Shown: positions 1 to 8,279 of the stretch, piece after piece
Layout of the letters: the number at the start of each line of letters is the position of its first letter
Numbering within the stretch: the stretch's first letter is position 1
From: Candidatus Pacearchaeota archaeon
GTDB lineage: Archaea; Nanobdellota; Nanobdellia; Pacearchaeales; GW2011-AR1
Length of the DNA stretch: 64,000 nucleotides
Direction: 5' to 3'
Assembly: GCA_964202455.1 (NCBI GenBank)
Contig: CAXNIJ010000005.1
Coordinates: 18,171 to 82,170, forward strand
The notes under the pieces: model-generated
The model's input: the letters and a program-made list of their open reading frames with translations, nothing else
What the model was told of the DNA's origin: nothing
Databases searched by the model: none
Made by a program: the position numbers and the translations under genes

Positions 1-1
1 T

Positions 2-499
2 ACTATTCAACATATTGATCTTGCAGTGCAGACTTATTATCCTTTAGTTTATTCTGAATTTTATTCTACTACTCGTAGACTAGATGGAAGAAGATATGGA
101 AAAAAGATTGAAGATTTTTGTGGTAAAGAAGTTTTACGAAGAATTTTAGGAGGAAGTGAAATTACGAAAGCGGAATTTGCAGGTGCATATTATCGGAAGG
201 CTTTGGAGGTCAAAGAATTGATTGCCGATGAGTTTGCGAAGGCATTTGAGAAAGTTGATTGTATTGTTTTGCCCGTTGTTCCAGTATTGCCTTGGAAAAT
301 TGGAGAGGGGAAGAAAATGAGTATTGAAGAGGTATATGCTTCCGATGCTTTGACTATTCCAGCGAATCTAGCTGGAATTTGTGCGATAAGTGTGCCTGCT
401 GGGAAAGTTGATGGAATTCCCATAGGGATGCAGGTGATGTGTGCGCGGGGAGAAGATAGGAAAATGCTGGAGATTGCGGGGAAGATGGAGAAAAAATAG
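2..499 (+). CDS. gatA: Glu-tRNA(Gln) amidotransferase subunit A, C-terminal fragment (gene starts upstream of the window)
   Basis: The frame is open from base 2 with no upstream stop. Amidase/GatA-like C-terminus (YYPLVYSEFYSTTRRLDGRRYG, DALTIPANLAGICAISVP, IGMQVM). The track start at 26 is an internal GTG. Confidence 0.8.
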   Translation, partial: TIQHIDLAVQTYYPLVYSEFYSTTRRLDGRRYGKKIEDFCGKEVLRRILGGSEITKAEFAGAYYRKALEVKELIADEFAKAFEKVDCIVLPVVPVLPWKIGEGKKMSIEEVYASDALTIPANLAGICAISVPAGKVDGIPIGMQVMCARGEDRKMLEIAGKMEKK

Positions 500-586
500 T
501 ATGGTGCTCCATAGATAAGTTTGCAAAAGCCCAAACTTCGCTTTGAGAACCAGAAACCTTTTAAGGTAAAATTGGTCAGGATAGTT

Positions 587-1258
587 ATGGAAGTAAGGCA
601 CGTTAATATTGATTATTTAGGGCATGATGGGTTTTTAATCACTGAAAAAAATGGAAGAAAAATCGCAATTGATCCATATAATGTTTCTGACTCTGTGGGA
701 AAAGTAGATTTTATTTTAATTACTCATGGGCATTCTGATCATTGCAGTATAAAAGACATTGCTAAAATTGCAAGAGAAGGAACGGTTATTATACTGCCTG
801 CTGATGCACAAAGTAAGATTACAAAAATAGATGGAGTACAGATGCAGATTATGGAAGTTGGAGATGAATTAAGTTTAGAGGGGTTAAAAATTGAAGCAGT
901 TTCTGCATATAATGTTGGAAAAGATTTTCACCCTAAGTCTGAGAAATGGCTAGGATATTTATTGAAATTTTCTGAAGTTATTATTTATCACGCGGGGGAT
1001 ACAGATAATATTCCTGAAATGGAAAAATTGACCGGATATGGAAAACAAGGAAATACATTCGTCGCTTTATTGCCAGTATCTGGAACTTATGTGATGACTG
1101 CAGAAGAAGCAGTACAAGTTGCTAAATTACTTAATGTTAGTATAGCAATTCCTATGCATTATGGGGCAGGGGTTGTAGGTACCATTGAAGATGCACAACG
1201 GTTCTTGACATTATGTCAAGAATCTGGAATTGTAGCAAGAATATTGGAGAAAATTTAA
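587..1258 (+). CDS. Metallo-beta-lactamase-fold metal-dependent hydrolase
   Basis: HxHxDH motif (ITHGHSDHC), later YHAGDT and PMHYG. ATG at 587 preferred over the TTG at 521. The stop overlaps the next start (TAATG). Confidence 0.75.
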   Translation: MEVRHVNIDYLGHDGFLITEKNGRKIAIDPYNVSDSVGKVDFILITHGHSDHCSIKDIAKIAREGTVIILPADAQSKITKIDGVQMQIMEVGDELSLEGLKIEAVSAYNVGKDFHPKSEKWLGYLLKFSEVIIYHAGDTDNIPEMEKLTGYGKQGNTFVALLPVSGTYVMTAEEAVQVAKLLNVSIAIPMHYGAGVVGTIEDAQRFLTLCQESGIVARILEKI

Positions 1259-2292
1259 TGGAGAAACCTAAATGGATTGCTGGAAATGAGAACAAATTTA
1301 GTGAGTTTATAGATTCTTTAAATGAGGAAGATTTAATTGCAATTGTAAGTCATAAAGCAGATTTAGATGGAATTATTTCTGCAAAAGTTGTAAGCAAGGT
1401 TGTTCAATTTAGTGAGGTATTTTTGGTAGATTACAACGATTTGAATAAAAAATTTATAACACTATTAAAAAATAAAGGATTTACTAAAATAATTATTACA
1501 GATATGAATTTTAAAAATAAAGAAGATATTAACTTGATTGAAGCATTTGCCAAACTACTTATTATCGATCATCATCAATTTAAAGAAGATTTTAATTCTG
1601 AGAAAACGGTCTTTATGAACGCTCAAGGAATGTGCGCAGCTTATCTTTCCTATAGTCTTTTTTCAGAATTTAAAAATCTTAAAGATTTGGAATGGGCAGT
1701 TGCTTGTGCATCCTTATCTGATTGGGCTTGGAAACAAAATGGAGATTTTTTATCTGATGTTTTTTCTGAATACGGGGATAAATTTGTTGGAACTGAGGAG
1801 GACGTAAAGAAAAATAAGTTTTGGGAGTTTCAATATTCATTATATCTCGCTTTGATTTATTATAAAAATAATATTATGGAATTTTATGAGATGTTTCCTG
1901 AAAAATTTGAAGAAATTGGAATTTTATCAGAGCATACTTTAGAAGTACAAAAAGAATTAAATGAAGTGTTGATTTTTTTTGACAATGAAAGGAAAATGGT
2001 CAATAAAAGAATATTTTGGGAATTCCATGGGAAATTTTCATTACGTGAGCTATTAATTAATATTAAAAGTCATGAAGAGAAAAATAAAACTTTTGTGATT
2101 TGTGAAAAATCTAGTGGAATTTACAAATGTTCTTTTAGAAGACAAGATGCTGAAGAAGATGTTTCTATTCTTGCGCAAAAGTTAGTTGAAGTTTTTGAAA
2201 ATTCTGGAGGCGGCGGGCATAAGGCAGCTTCAGGTTGCAGTTTTCCAGAGAAATTTATGTCTGAATTTTTAGAGAGACTAGAAAAATTGTAG
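1258..2292 (+). CDS. DHH/DHHA1-family phosphoesterase (NrnA/RecJ-like)
   Basis: DLDG, IIDHHQ (DHH motif) and C-terminal GGGGHKAASG (DHHA1 GGGH motif). ATG 1258 overlaps the upstream stop. Confidence 0.75.
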   Translation: MEKPKWIAGNENKFSEFIDSLNEEDLIAIVSHKADLDGIISAKVVSKVVQFSEVFLVDYNDLNKKFITLLKNKGFTKIIITDMNFKNKEDINLIEAFAKLLIIDHHQFKEDFNSEKTVFMNAQGMCAAYLSYSLFSEFKNLKDLEWAVACASLSDWAWKQNGDFLSDVFSEYGDKFVGTEEDVKKNKFWEFQYSLYLALIYYKNNIMEFYEMFPEKFEEIGILSEHTLEVQKELNEVLIFFDNERKMVNKRIFWEFHGKFSLRELLINIKSHEEKNKTFVICEKSSGIYKCSFRRQDAEEDVSILAQKLVEVFENSGGGGHKAASGCSFPEKFMSEFLERLEKL

Positions 2293-2412
2293 TTTTCTGA
2301 GTACATTTTATTACTTTTGATTAGTAGTAGTGTTTCGTTCTTGTATTTTGCGGTATAGTCAAGTATAAATACTGAATCGTATTTTGTAAATTGGTAAATT
2401 ATACAAATGAAA

Positions 2413-2418
2413 GGAGGT
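2413..2418 (+). promoter_or_regulatory. Shine-Dalgarno-like GGAGGT, 7 nt upstream of the ftsZ ATG
   Basis: The sequence aaaggaggtaaaatatATG is read directly. Confidence 0.5.
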
Positions 2419-2425
2419 AAAATAT

Positions 2426-3505
2426 ATGGTACTTGATTTTGCAAAAGAGGCAATAAAAAATGCAGAGACACATAGTATTAACTTTGACGAATTACGAGCT
2501 GGAAAAGCTAACATTAAAGTTTTTGGAACTGGAGGAGCAGGAAGCAATATGGCTACTTGGCTTTTTAACAAAGGAATTAATGGGGCGACAATTTACGGGA
2601 TCAACACTGATGCACTTCACTTGAGTATTACCAAAGCTGATGAGAAAATTCTCATTGGTAAGGAGCTTACGAGGGGACTTGGATGTGGAGGTTATCCTGC
2701 TAAAGGACGTGAAGCAGCAAAAGAATCTTTATCAGAACTAAAGAAAGCAGCATCTGGAGCAGATATGGTTTTCGTGCTTACTGGCCTTGGAGGCGGTACT
2801 GGAACTGGATGTGCACCTGTTGTTGCTCAGTTAGCTAAAGAATCTGGAGCAGTGGTTATTGGAGTTGTTACGATGCCATTTGAGTGTGAAAAAGCTAGAC
2901 ATGATAAAGCTGAATTTGGACTACAAGAATTAACTGAAGTTGTTGATACAGTTATCGTTATTGATAACAATCGTTTAGTCGACATTGCAGGTAACTTACC
3001 TATGGAGCAGGCTTTCGCAGTAGCAAACGAGCTAGTCAGTACAATGATCAAAGGCATAGTGGAAACTATTACCTTGCCATCATTGATTAACTTAGACTAT
3101 GCAGACGTTTCGTCTATTATGAAGGGAGGCGACGTAGCAGTTATCGGCGTTGGAGAAAGCGATACAACAGCAAGAGTTGATGAAGCAGTCAGACAAGCTT
3201 TGACGCACCCATTACTTGACGTAGATTATAAGGGCGCTACTGGAGCATTGATTCATATCACATGCGGTCCAGACTTTAAACTCGAGGAATTCGCAGGCGT
3301 AGGTGAACTCGTTACAGAGAATATTAGCCAAGATGCTCAGGTCATTATTGGAGCTCGTGTCAATAAAGAATTTCAAAATCGTGTTCGCGTTATTACAATT
3401 ATGACTGGTGTTAAATCGCCTTATGTCTTAGGTAAGAAAGCGTTCCGACAAGAAGCCTCTATGAAATCTGAGATGTCCGATTTAGGCATTGAAGTTTTTA
3501 GATAA
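2426..3505 (+). CDS. ftsZ: Cell division GTPase FtsZ
   Basis: GTGGAGSN, tubulin signature GLGGGTGTG, NTDALHL. Full-length 359 aa. Confidence 0.95.
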   Translation: MVLDFAKEAIKNAETHSINFDELRAGKANIKVFGTGGAGSNMATWLFNKGINGATIYGINTDALHLSITKADEKILIGKELTRGLGCGGYPAKGREAAKESLSELKKAASGADMVFVLTGLGGGTGTGCAPVVAQLAKESGAVVIGVVTMPFECEKARHDKAEFGLQELTEVVDTVIVIDNNRLVDIAGNLPMEQAFAVANELVSTMIKGIVETITLPSLINLDYADVSSIMKGGDVAVIGVGESDTTARVDEAVRQALTHPLLDVDYKGATGALIHITCGPDFKLEEFAGVGELVTENISQDAQVIIGARVNKEFQNRVRVITIMTGVKSPYVLGKKAFRQEASMKSEMSDLGIEVFR

Positions 3506-3575
3506 GAACTAGAGTTCTTATAACTTTTTTATTTTTTTATTTTCTAAAAGAGGGGCGAAAGCCCCTCTTACTTTT
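3504..3575 (+). terminator. Terminator-like region downstream of ftsZ: two hairpins plus T-tracts
   Basis: Hairpin aagaac/gttctt at 3504-3519 overlaps the stop. A long T-rich run lies at 3525-3544. A GC-rich 9-bp stem aagaggggc-GAAA-gcccctctt at 3548-3569 is followed by cttttc. Confidence 0.45.
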
Positions 3576-3618
3576 CGATCTACGAAAGATTTAATTATTC
3601 TTTTTTTCTGAATAAAGA

Positions 3619-4002
3619 ATGGTTAATACGGGAGGAGTTCATCATATAACTTTAATTGTGAAAGATGTAAAAAAATCTAAGGAGTTTTATCGCGATGTTT
3701 GCGGGATGGAAGTTGTCTTTGATGAAGAAGATGTATGCGGATTGACAGATGGGACGTTTTCACTTTGGTTAGCATTTTCTAGGGAGAAATCGATGAAGGA
3801 GTTTAATCCTGAAGAGACTGGTCTAAATCATTGGGCTTTTAGAGTAGATAGCCGTGAGGAGTTAGGTGAAATTGAAGAAGAACTTAGGAAACTGGAGATT
3901 GAGATGGAAGAAGGAGGAATTACAGATGATGGACATGGTGGAACGGCCATTTTTACGAAAGATCCGGATAACATGAAAGTGGAGTTTCATTTGCAGGAAT
4001 GA
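3619..4002 (+). CDS. VOC-family (glyoxalase/bleomycin-resistance/dioxygenase fold) protein
   Basis: GVHHITLIVKDVKKSKEFY N-terminal module, NHWAFRV, and C-terminal FTKDPDNMKVEF, typical of the VOC fold. Confidence 0.7.
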   Translation: MVNTGGVHHITLIVKDVKKSKEFYRDVCGMEVVFDEEDVCGLTDGTFSLWLAFSREKSMKEFNPEETGLNHWAFRVDSREELGEIEEELRKLEIEMEEGGITDDGHGGTAIFTKDPDNMKVEFHLQE

Positions 4003-4047
4003 GTCTAGAAGAAGTATTTATTAGGTGGAGTCTTTCTGATTTATGTT

Positions 4048-4419
4048 ATGGAATATAGCAATGAAGTTTTAAGAAGAGTTCCAAATAATTTAGTTAGTGG
4101 AATGCGGTCTAAAGAAGAAGTTGCTAAAGATTTATCTGATAGAAAATGTACTTTTCATGTTACGAATTGTAATTTAAATTGTAAAGAATATAGTGCACGT
4201 TGTTTTTTTGATTTTGATAGATCTGTCAATGATACTTGCGAAAAAATTTATGTAGTTATATATCGCTCGGGAGTTATTTTTAGGCGCAATGGAAATTTAT
4301 TTTTAACAAGAGATTTTCAATTATCTGCAGATGCTTTAAAATATCATCTTGAACGTGAAGAAAGTTCTCCGTTATCAAGAGTTATTTTGAAATTATATTC
4401 AGATAGTGCTACTCAATAA
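4048..4419 (+). CDS. Hypothetical protein
   Basis: ORF only; no motif recognised. Confidence 0.35.
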   Translation: MEYSNEVLRRVPNNLVSGMRSKEEVAKDLSDRKCTFHVTNCNLNCKEYSARCFFDFDRSVNDTCEKIYVVIYRSGVIFRRNGNLFLTRDFQLSADALKYHLEREESSPLSRVILKLYSDSATQ

Positions 4420-4987
4420 ATGCAGATTCTGGAGCATCTTCATTGAAAAGAGTGGGTCGTTTTTTGCTACCCCAGGATTCCCAATAAAGTGCATTTTCTA
4501 GGGATTTTTTCCTTTTCTTAGTTGCAGGTTTTACTTTTTCATATCCTATTGGAATAATGGCTTCGAGTTCAATATGGCTCGGGATTTTAAGATGTTGTTT
4601 TATTTGTTCATCGGTGAATAAACCTACCCAACAAGACGCAAGTCCGAGGTCTGTAAGTTTAAGAATAATTGTATTAATTGCAGCTCCCGCTTGCTGACGA
4701 GAATATCTTTTTCCTCTTTCCCCATGAAGGTGTTCGATGTGAGTATCATCTGAACAGACAAGAATAATAGCTTTAGCTTCATTTATCCATAATTGACTAG
4801 CCAGTTCTGCAATTTTGCTAATAGTTTTTTCTTCTTCAATGATGAGAAATTTAAGAGGATTATGGCTGTCTGCAAATGCTCCTTGATTTGCTGCATCGAT
4901 GGATTCTAGAACTAATTTCCAGCTTGCTTTTTTATTTTTGAATGCTCTTACTGAATGTCTTTTTTCTATAACTGTGTCAAATTCCAT
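4409..4987 (-). CDS. Nitroreductase-family protein
   Basis: N-terminal IEKRHSVRAF motif and nitroreductase-like length and layout. Confidence 0.8.
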   Translation of the reverse strand: MEFDTVIEKRHSVRAFKNKKASWKLVLESIDAANQGAFADSHNPLKFLIIEEEKTISKIAELASQLWINEAKAIILVCSDDTHIEHLHGERGKRYSRQQAGAAINTIILKLTDLGLASCWVGLFTDEQIKQHLKIPSHIELEAIIPIGYEKVKPATKKRKKSLENALYWESWGSKKRPTLFNEDAPESAFIE

Positions 4988-5081
4988 ATTTTCTTAAAGT
5001 ATCGGGGATATTTAAACTTGTTTCTGTTGACGATGAGGCAATATACCGAGTATTTTTAAACTCTCAAAACAATTGACTAAT

Positions 5082-5720
5082 ATGAATGCGAAGAGCGGTC
5101 TGAAATATTTTTGGGAATTACGTAGACGTGATGATTGGAAATCGATGATATTTTGGTTTCCAGTAATTATAATTTTGATTAAATTTATAGTTTTTCCTTT
5201 TCTTTCTTTAATTACTGGAACTTCATTACCAATTGTGATTGTTGAATCATGCTCTATGTATCATGGAAATGACTTTAAAAATTGGTGGAGTGTGAATTCA
5301 GATTTATATGCTTTTTATAATACTAGTGAGTCTGAGTTTGGCTCATTTAAATTTGTTAACGGCTTAAATAAAGGAGATATCATTTTTATTTTGGGAAGTT
5401 CATCCTATAAGAAAGGAGACGTTATTGTTTTTAATGCTAATTCTGGTTCTACACAGAGTTATCCAATTATTCATAGGATAGTTCATGATAATCCCACAGG
5501 CACAAAAGGAGACAACAATAATCTTCAGCTTGTTGCAAATTCAGACTTTTCAAATAATAAGGGAAAAGTTGATGAAACAAATATTGATTTTGAAAGAATT
5601 CAAGGAAAGGCAGTGTTTAGAGTTCCTTATCTTGGATGGGTGAAATTATTTTTCTTTGATTTTTTTAAGCCATCAGAAGCTAGAGGATTTTGTCATGAGA
5701 CTACCCAACCAAAGCTTTAA
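5082..5720 (+). CDS. Signal peptidase I, archaeal/eukaryotic Sec11 type
   Basis: N-terminal TM, catalytic-Ser region VESCSMYHG, GDIIFI, IIHRIV, KGDNN box. ATG 5082 preferred over the TTG at 5073; a TATA-like tttttaaa lies about 25 nt upstream. Confidence 0.75.
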   Translation: MNAKSGLKYFWELRRRDDWKSMIFWFPVIIILIKFIVFPFLSLITGTSLPIVIVESCSMYHGNDFKNWWSVNSDLYAFYNTSESEFGSFKFVNGLNKGDIIFILGSSSYKKGDVIVFNANSGSTQSYPIIHRIVHDNPTGTKGDNNNLQLVANSDFSNNKGKVDETNIDFERIQGKAVFRVPYLGWVKLFFFDFFKPSEARGFCHETTQPKL

Positions 5721-5744
5721 AAGTATGAGGGGTGTGAGTATACG

Positions 5745-6053
5745 ATGGACTTTTGTGAAAAATGTGGTGGAATTATGGATATGGTGGAGGGTCACGTAGC
5801 TTGTGTGGCTTGTGGTCACAAGAGTAAGAAGAAAATTAAGATTGAAGTTTCTGAGAAAATACAAAAAAAAGAAGCAATTGCAGTAATTAATGAAGATTCA
5901 GATAATACCTTTCCAGTTATTGACATGACTTGCCCCGAATGTAAAAATAAGAAATCTTATTTTTGGACTATACAGACGCGTTCTAGTGATGAATCTGAGA
6001 CAAAATTCTATAAATGTGTTAAGTGCAAGTATACTTGGAGAAAGTATAGGTAG
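5745..6053 (+). CDS. tfs: Transcription factor S (TFS/RpoM-like, TFIIS C-terminal zinc ribbon)
   Basis: N-terminal CxxC...CxxC ribbon and C-terminal CPECKNKKSYFWTIQTRSSDESETKFYKCVKCKYTW. Confidence 0.85.
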   Translation: MDFCEKCGGIMDMVEGHVACVACGHKSKKKIKIEVSEKIQKKEAIAVINEDSDNTFPVIDMTCPECKNKKSYFWTIQTRSSDESETKFYKCVKCKYTWRKYR

Positions 6054-6088
6054 CAAAAGTTTATATACTGTTTTTTTAACTGGATTTT

Positions 6089-6502
6089 ATGGCAAAACCA
6101 ATTTATCATTTTCTTCATGCAGATGATCAAGTATTTGTTACCTATATGTTCATGAATGTTTTGAATGCAACATGTAAAGATAAACCTTATGAGATTAAGT
6201 GCCAATCTGTGATAAATGGTATGAAATTTTTAGATTTTTGGAAAACCGGAATTTATAGAGCTGGAGTTATTGACTATGATATGGAATCTGATTTTACTGG
6301 ACTTGAAACATTAGAGAGATTAATTGTTGGAGAAAAATATTCCAAAGATAATATCTGTATGTGGAGCTCATGCTTTGATTACCCTAAAATGCAAAGGCTA
6401 AGTGCATTAGGTATACCTCACTTTGAAAAACCCAAATCTGCCGCAGTTATGAGTCATGTAGTTGAAATATTCGATAGGTTTCATTCTAAGGCTATAAACT
6501 AA
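6089..6502 (+). CDS. Hypothetical protein
   Basis: ORF only. Confidence 0.35.
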   Translation: MAKPIYHFLHADDQVFVTYMFMNVLNATCKDKPYEIKCQSVINGMKFLDFWKTGIYRAGVIDYDMESDFTGLETLERLIVGEKYSKDNICMWSSCFDYPKMQRLSALGIPHFEKPKSAAVMSHVVEIFDRFHSKAIN

Positions 6503-6505
6503 ACG

Positions 6506-6514
6506 TTTTTAAAT
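6506..6514 (+). promoter_or_regulatory. TATA-box-like tttttaaat, about 27 nt upstream of tRNA-Lys
   Basis: A comparable ctttTAAAta/TATAAAta box sits at a similar distance before tRNA-Asn and tRNA-Ile. Confidence 0.5.
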
Positions 6515-6536
6515 CGTCGGTTTCTTTCCATCGTAA

Positions 6537-6741
6537 GGCCTCGTAGCTCAGCCCGGTTAGAGTACTGGACTCTTAGTACAGTTTCTTTTTAGCCTGAGAA
6601 ACCATTGCGGTTTCTAGGTCCCAAAGAGCATTGCTCTTTGAGGAAAAAAGAAACTCTAGGTAGGTAGAAAAACTACAATGGTGGTTAGAACCTAAGTTAG
6701 GAGCAATCCAGGTGTCGGGGGTTCAAATCCCCTCGGGGCCA
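6537..6741 (+). tRNA. tRNA-Lys(CUU) with a 130-nt intron at canonical position 37/38 (intron 6576..6705)
   Basis: Hand-folded. Acceptor GGCCTCG/CGGGGCC, D arm GCTC..GAGT, anticodon stem CTGGA/TCCAG, loop CT-CTT-A|intron|A, T arm GGGGG-TTCAAAT-CCCCT, discriminator A, no encoded CCA. BHB-like geometry: helix 6570-6573 (CUCU) with 6700-6703 (GGAG), and 3-nt bulges UA|G and CA|A. Confidence 0.85.
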
Positions 6742-6843
6742 TTTATATTTTTTAATGCTCCGCATCTTGCTGTGGAGATAAAGCGCTTAGTAGTAAGAAA
6801 TAAAATTTAAACTTTAAAGAGCGCCCAGCATTCAATTGAAGAG

Positions 6844-6970
6844 ATCAAAAGCACGATGCGCTACCCCCACTTAAACGTCAGAAACTGAAAGTTTCTGAGC
6901 GCCTCGAAACTCGAAGAGTTTCTTAGCCTCAAAGACATTTATCTTTGACGGCTGGAGTTTTCGTCAAGTT
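6844..6970 (-). repeat. Mosaic hairpin element, copy A (short form, reverse orientation)
   Basis: atcaaaagcacgatgcgctacccccacttaaacg + tcagaaactgaaagtttctga + gaaactcgaagagtttc + tcaaagacatttatctttga + ...cgtcaagtt. It is the reverse complement of the 3' part of copy F. Confidence 0.85.
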
Positions 6971-7102
6971 AATTATCTGTTGTCCTCATCGCTTCAGTGT
7001 CTCTTGACGCCCAATGGTTTTGCTATAGGGTTTTTAACTTTTTAAGAAAGAAGGAATATGTTAGAAAGATGGAGAGTAGATTAAAAATTAGCAAGTCCTT
7101 AA

Positions 7103-7378
7103 TTATCCGACTAAACGTTTGATGTTTTCTATATTATCCGAGATTTCCTGACCTCTCTTCGTGAGTTTGATTAATTTTATTCTGCCTTTCTTTTCGAACA
7201 TAACTAGGCCGAGCCTTTCTAAAGATTGAAGAATTTTTACTGCGTGGCTGTATGTACAGTCAACTTCTTTTGCTAAGACGCTGCCGTAACGAGCTCTAGC
7301 AAGGCGCTTAAGAGCGACTAGGAGCAAGGCGGGTTTTCTTCTAAAGAAGATATCAAAGTTATCGCGTATTTCTGCCAT
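7103..7378 (-). CDS. Small winged-helix transcriptional regulator
   Basis: 91 aa. HTH-like segment GSVLAKEVDCTYSHAVKILQSLERLGLV followed by a wing (KKGRIKLIKLT). Confidence 0.55.
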   Translation of the reverse strand: MAEIRDNFDIFFRRKPALLLVALKRLARARYGSVLAKEVDCTYSHAVKILQSLERLGLVMFEKKGRIKLIKLTKRGQEISDNIENIKRLVG

Positions 7379-7532
7379 AGTATATTCTCGATTGCTATGA
7401 TTGCAATCTATATATTAAACCTGTGGTCTGCTTTTAAACCTTTCTGCAATTTTGTTATCTAGAAGAGTAACAATCAAATAACGATTTAAAATTTCAAGAA
7501 TCTTCGAGGTACTATGATTTTTGACAGTTCTA

Positions 7533-8279
7533 TTAATTATAATCTCTTTTCCACGATAATTCTTGATTAACTGGTAACATAGTGATACTATTTTGGAACG
7601 ACATATTTATCGGAGTGGCGTTACTGAAAATAATTTCTTCTAAACTAGAAACTGGTATCGGCTTATCGATTATTGTTTCTTCATCAATAATAATTGACGG
7701 TGCAGAAGAAATATTTTTTGCTTTCATCATGAGATGTATTGAATCTAGTCCTAAATTTGCAGCTATTGGGATAAGAAGAATTTCATCAGGATGAGCATAT
7801 TTTAAATCAATTAAAACTCTAGAAAAAGCTGTTTGTTCTGCACGAATATCTGGACTATCGGTTGCATAATTGAACATATAGATTACTGTATGAAATTCAG
7901 AAGGGCATTGAGATTTAATTTTTATAGCGTCTTTCCAAATCATTAATCTAAGAAGATCATAACGCTTATGAAGCAAACGCAATTCTTCTTGGCTAAATGT
8001 GCTTGCAAAATCGTATTTTTCTAATTTTACAATTTCATCGTAAACTTTATCTGTAAAGTTAAATATACTTTTTTTTGCATCATCACAATTAATTTTAAAA
8101 TCTTCTAAAACTTGACTTCTCAATTGCTCATCTAAAGAGCTTATTTCTGATTTGCGAAGGTCTAATTGCACTTTATCTATGCGCCAATTTTCCAAATATA
8201 GACCCAGCATCATTCCCAAAAAGAAAATAAATGCACTCATTAAAAGCGCTTGCCAAAAAACGTGTTTGTTATTTACCAT
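7533..8279 (-). CDS. Membrane-anchored hypothetical protein
   Basis: One N-terminal TM helix (ALLMSAFIFFLGMMLGLYL). The start overlaps the GT2 stop, suggesting an operon. Confidence 0.45.
   Translation of the reverse strand: MVNNKHVFWQALLMSAFIFFLGMMLGLYLENWRIDKVQLDLRKSEISSLDEQLRSQVLEDFKINCDDAKKSIFNFTDKVYDEIVKLEKYDFASTFSQEELRLLHKRYDLLRLMIWKDAIKIKSQCPSEFHTVIYMFNYATDSPDIRAEQTAFSRVLIDLKYAHPDEILLIPIAANLGLDSIHLMMKAKNISSAPSIIIDEETIIDKPIPVSSLEEIIFSNATPINMSFQNSITMLPVNQELSWKRDYN

Noticed and set aside
190-601. Two minus-strand ORFs (190..534, 368..601) opposite gatA
   Set aside because: They are shadow ORFs opposite a recognisable amidase C-terminus.
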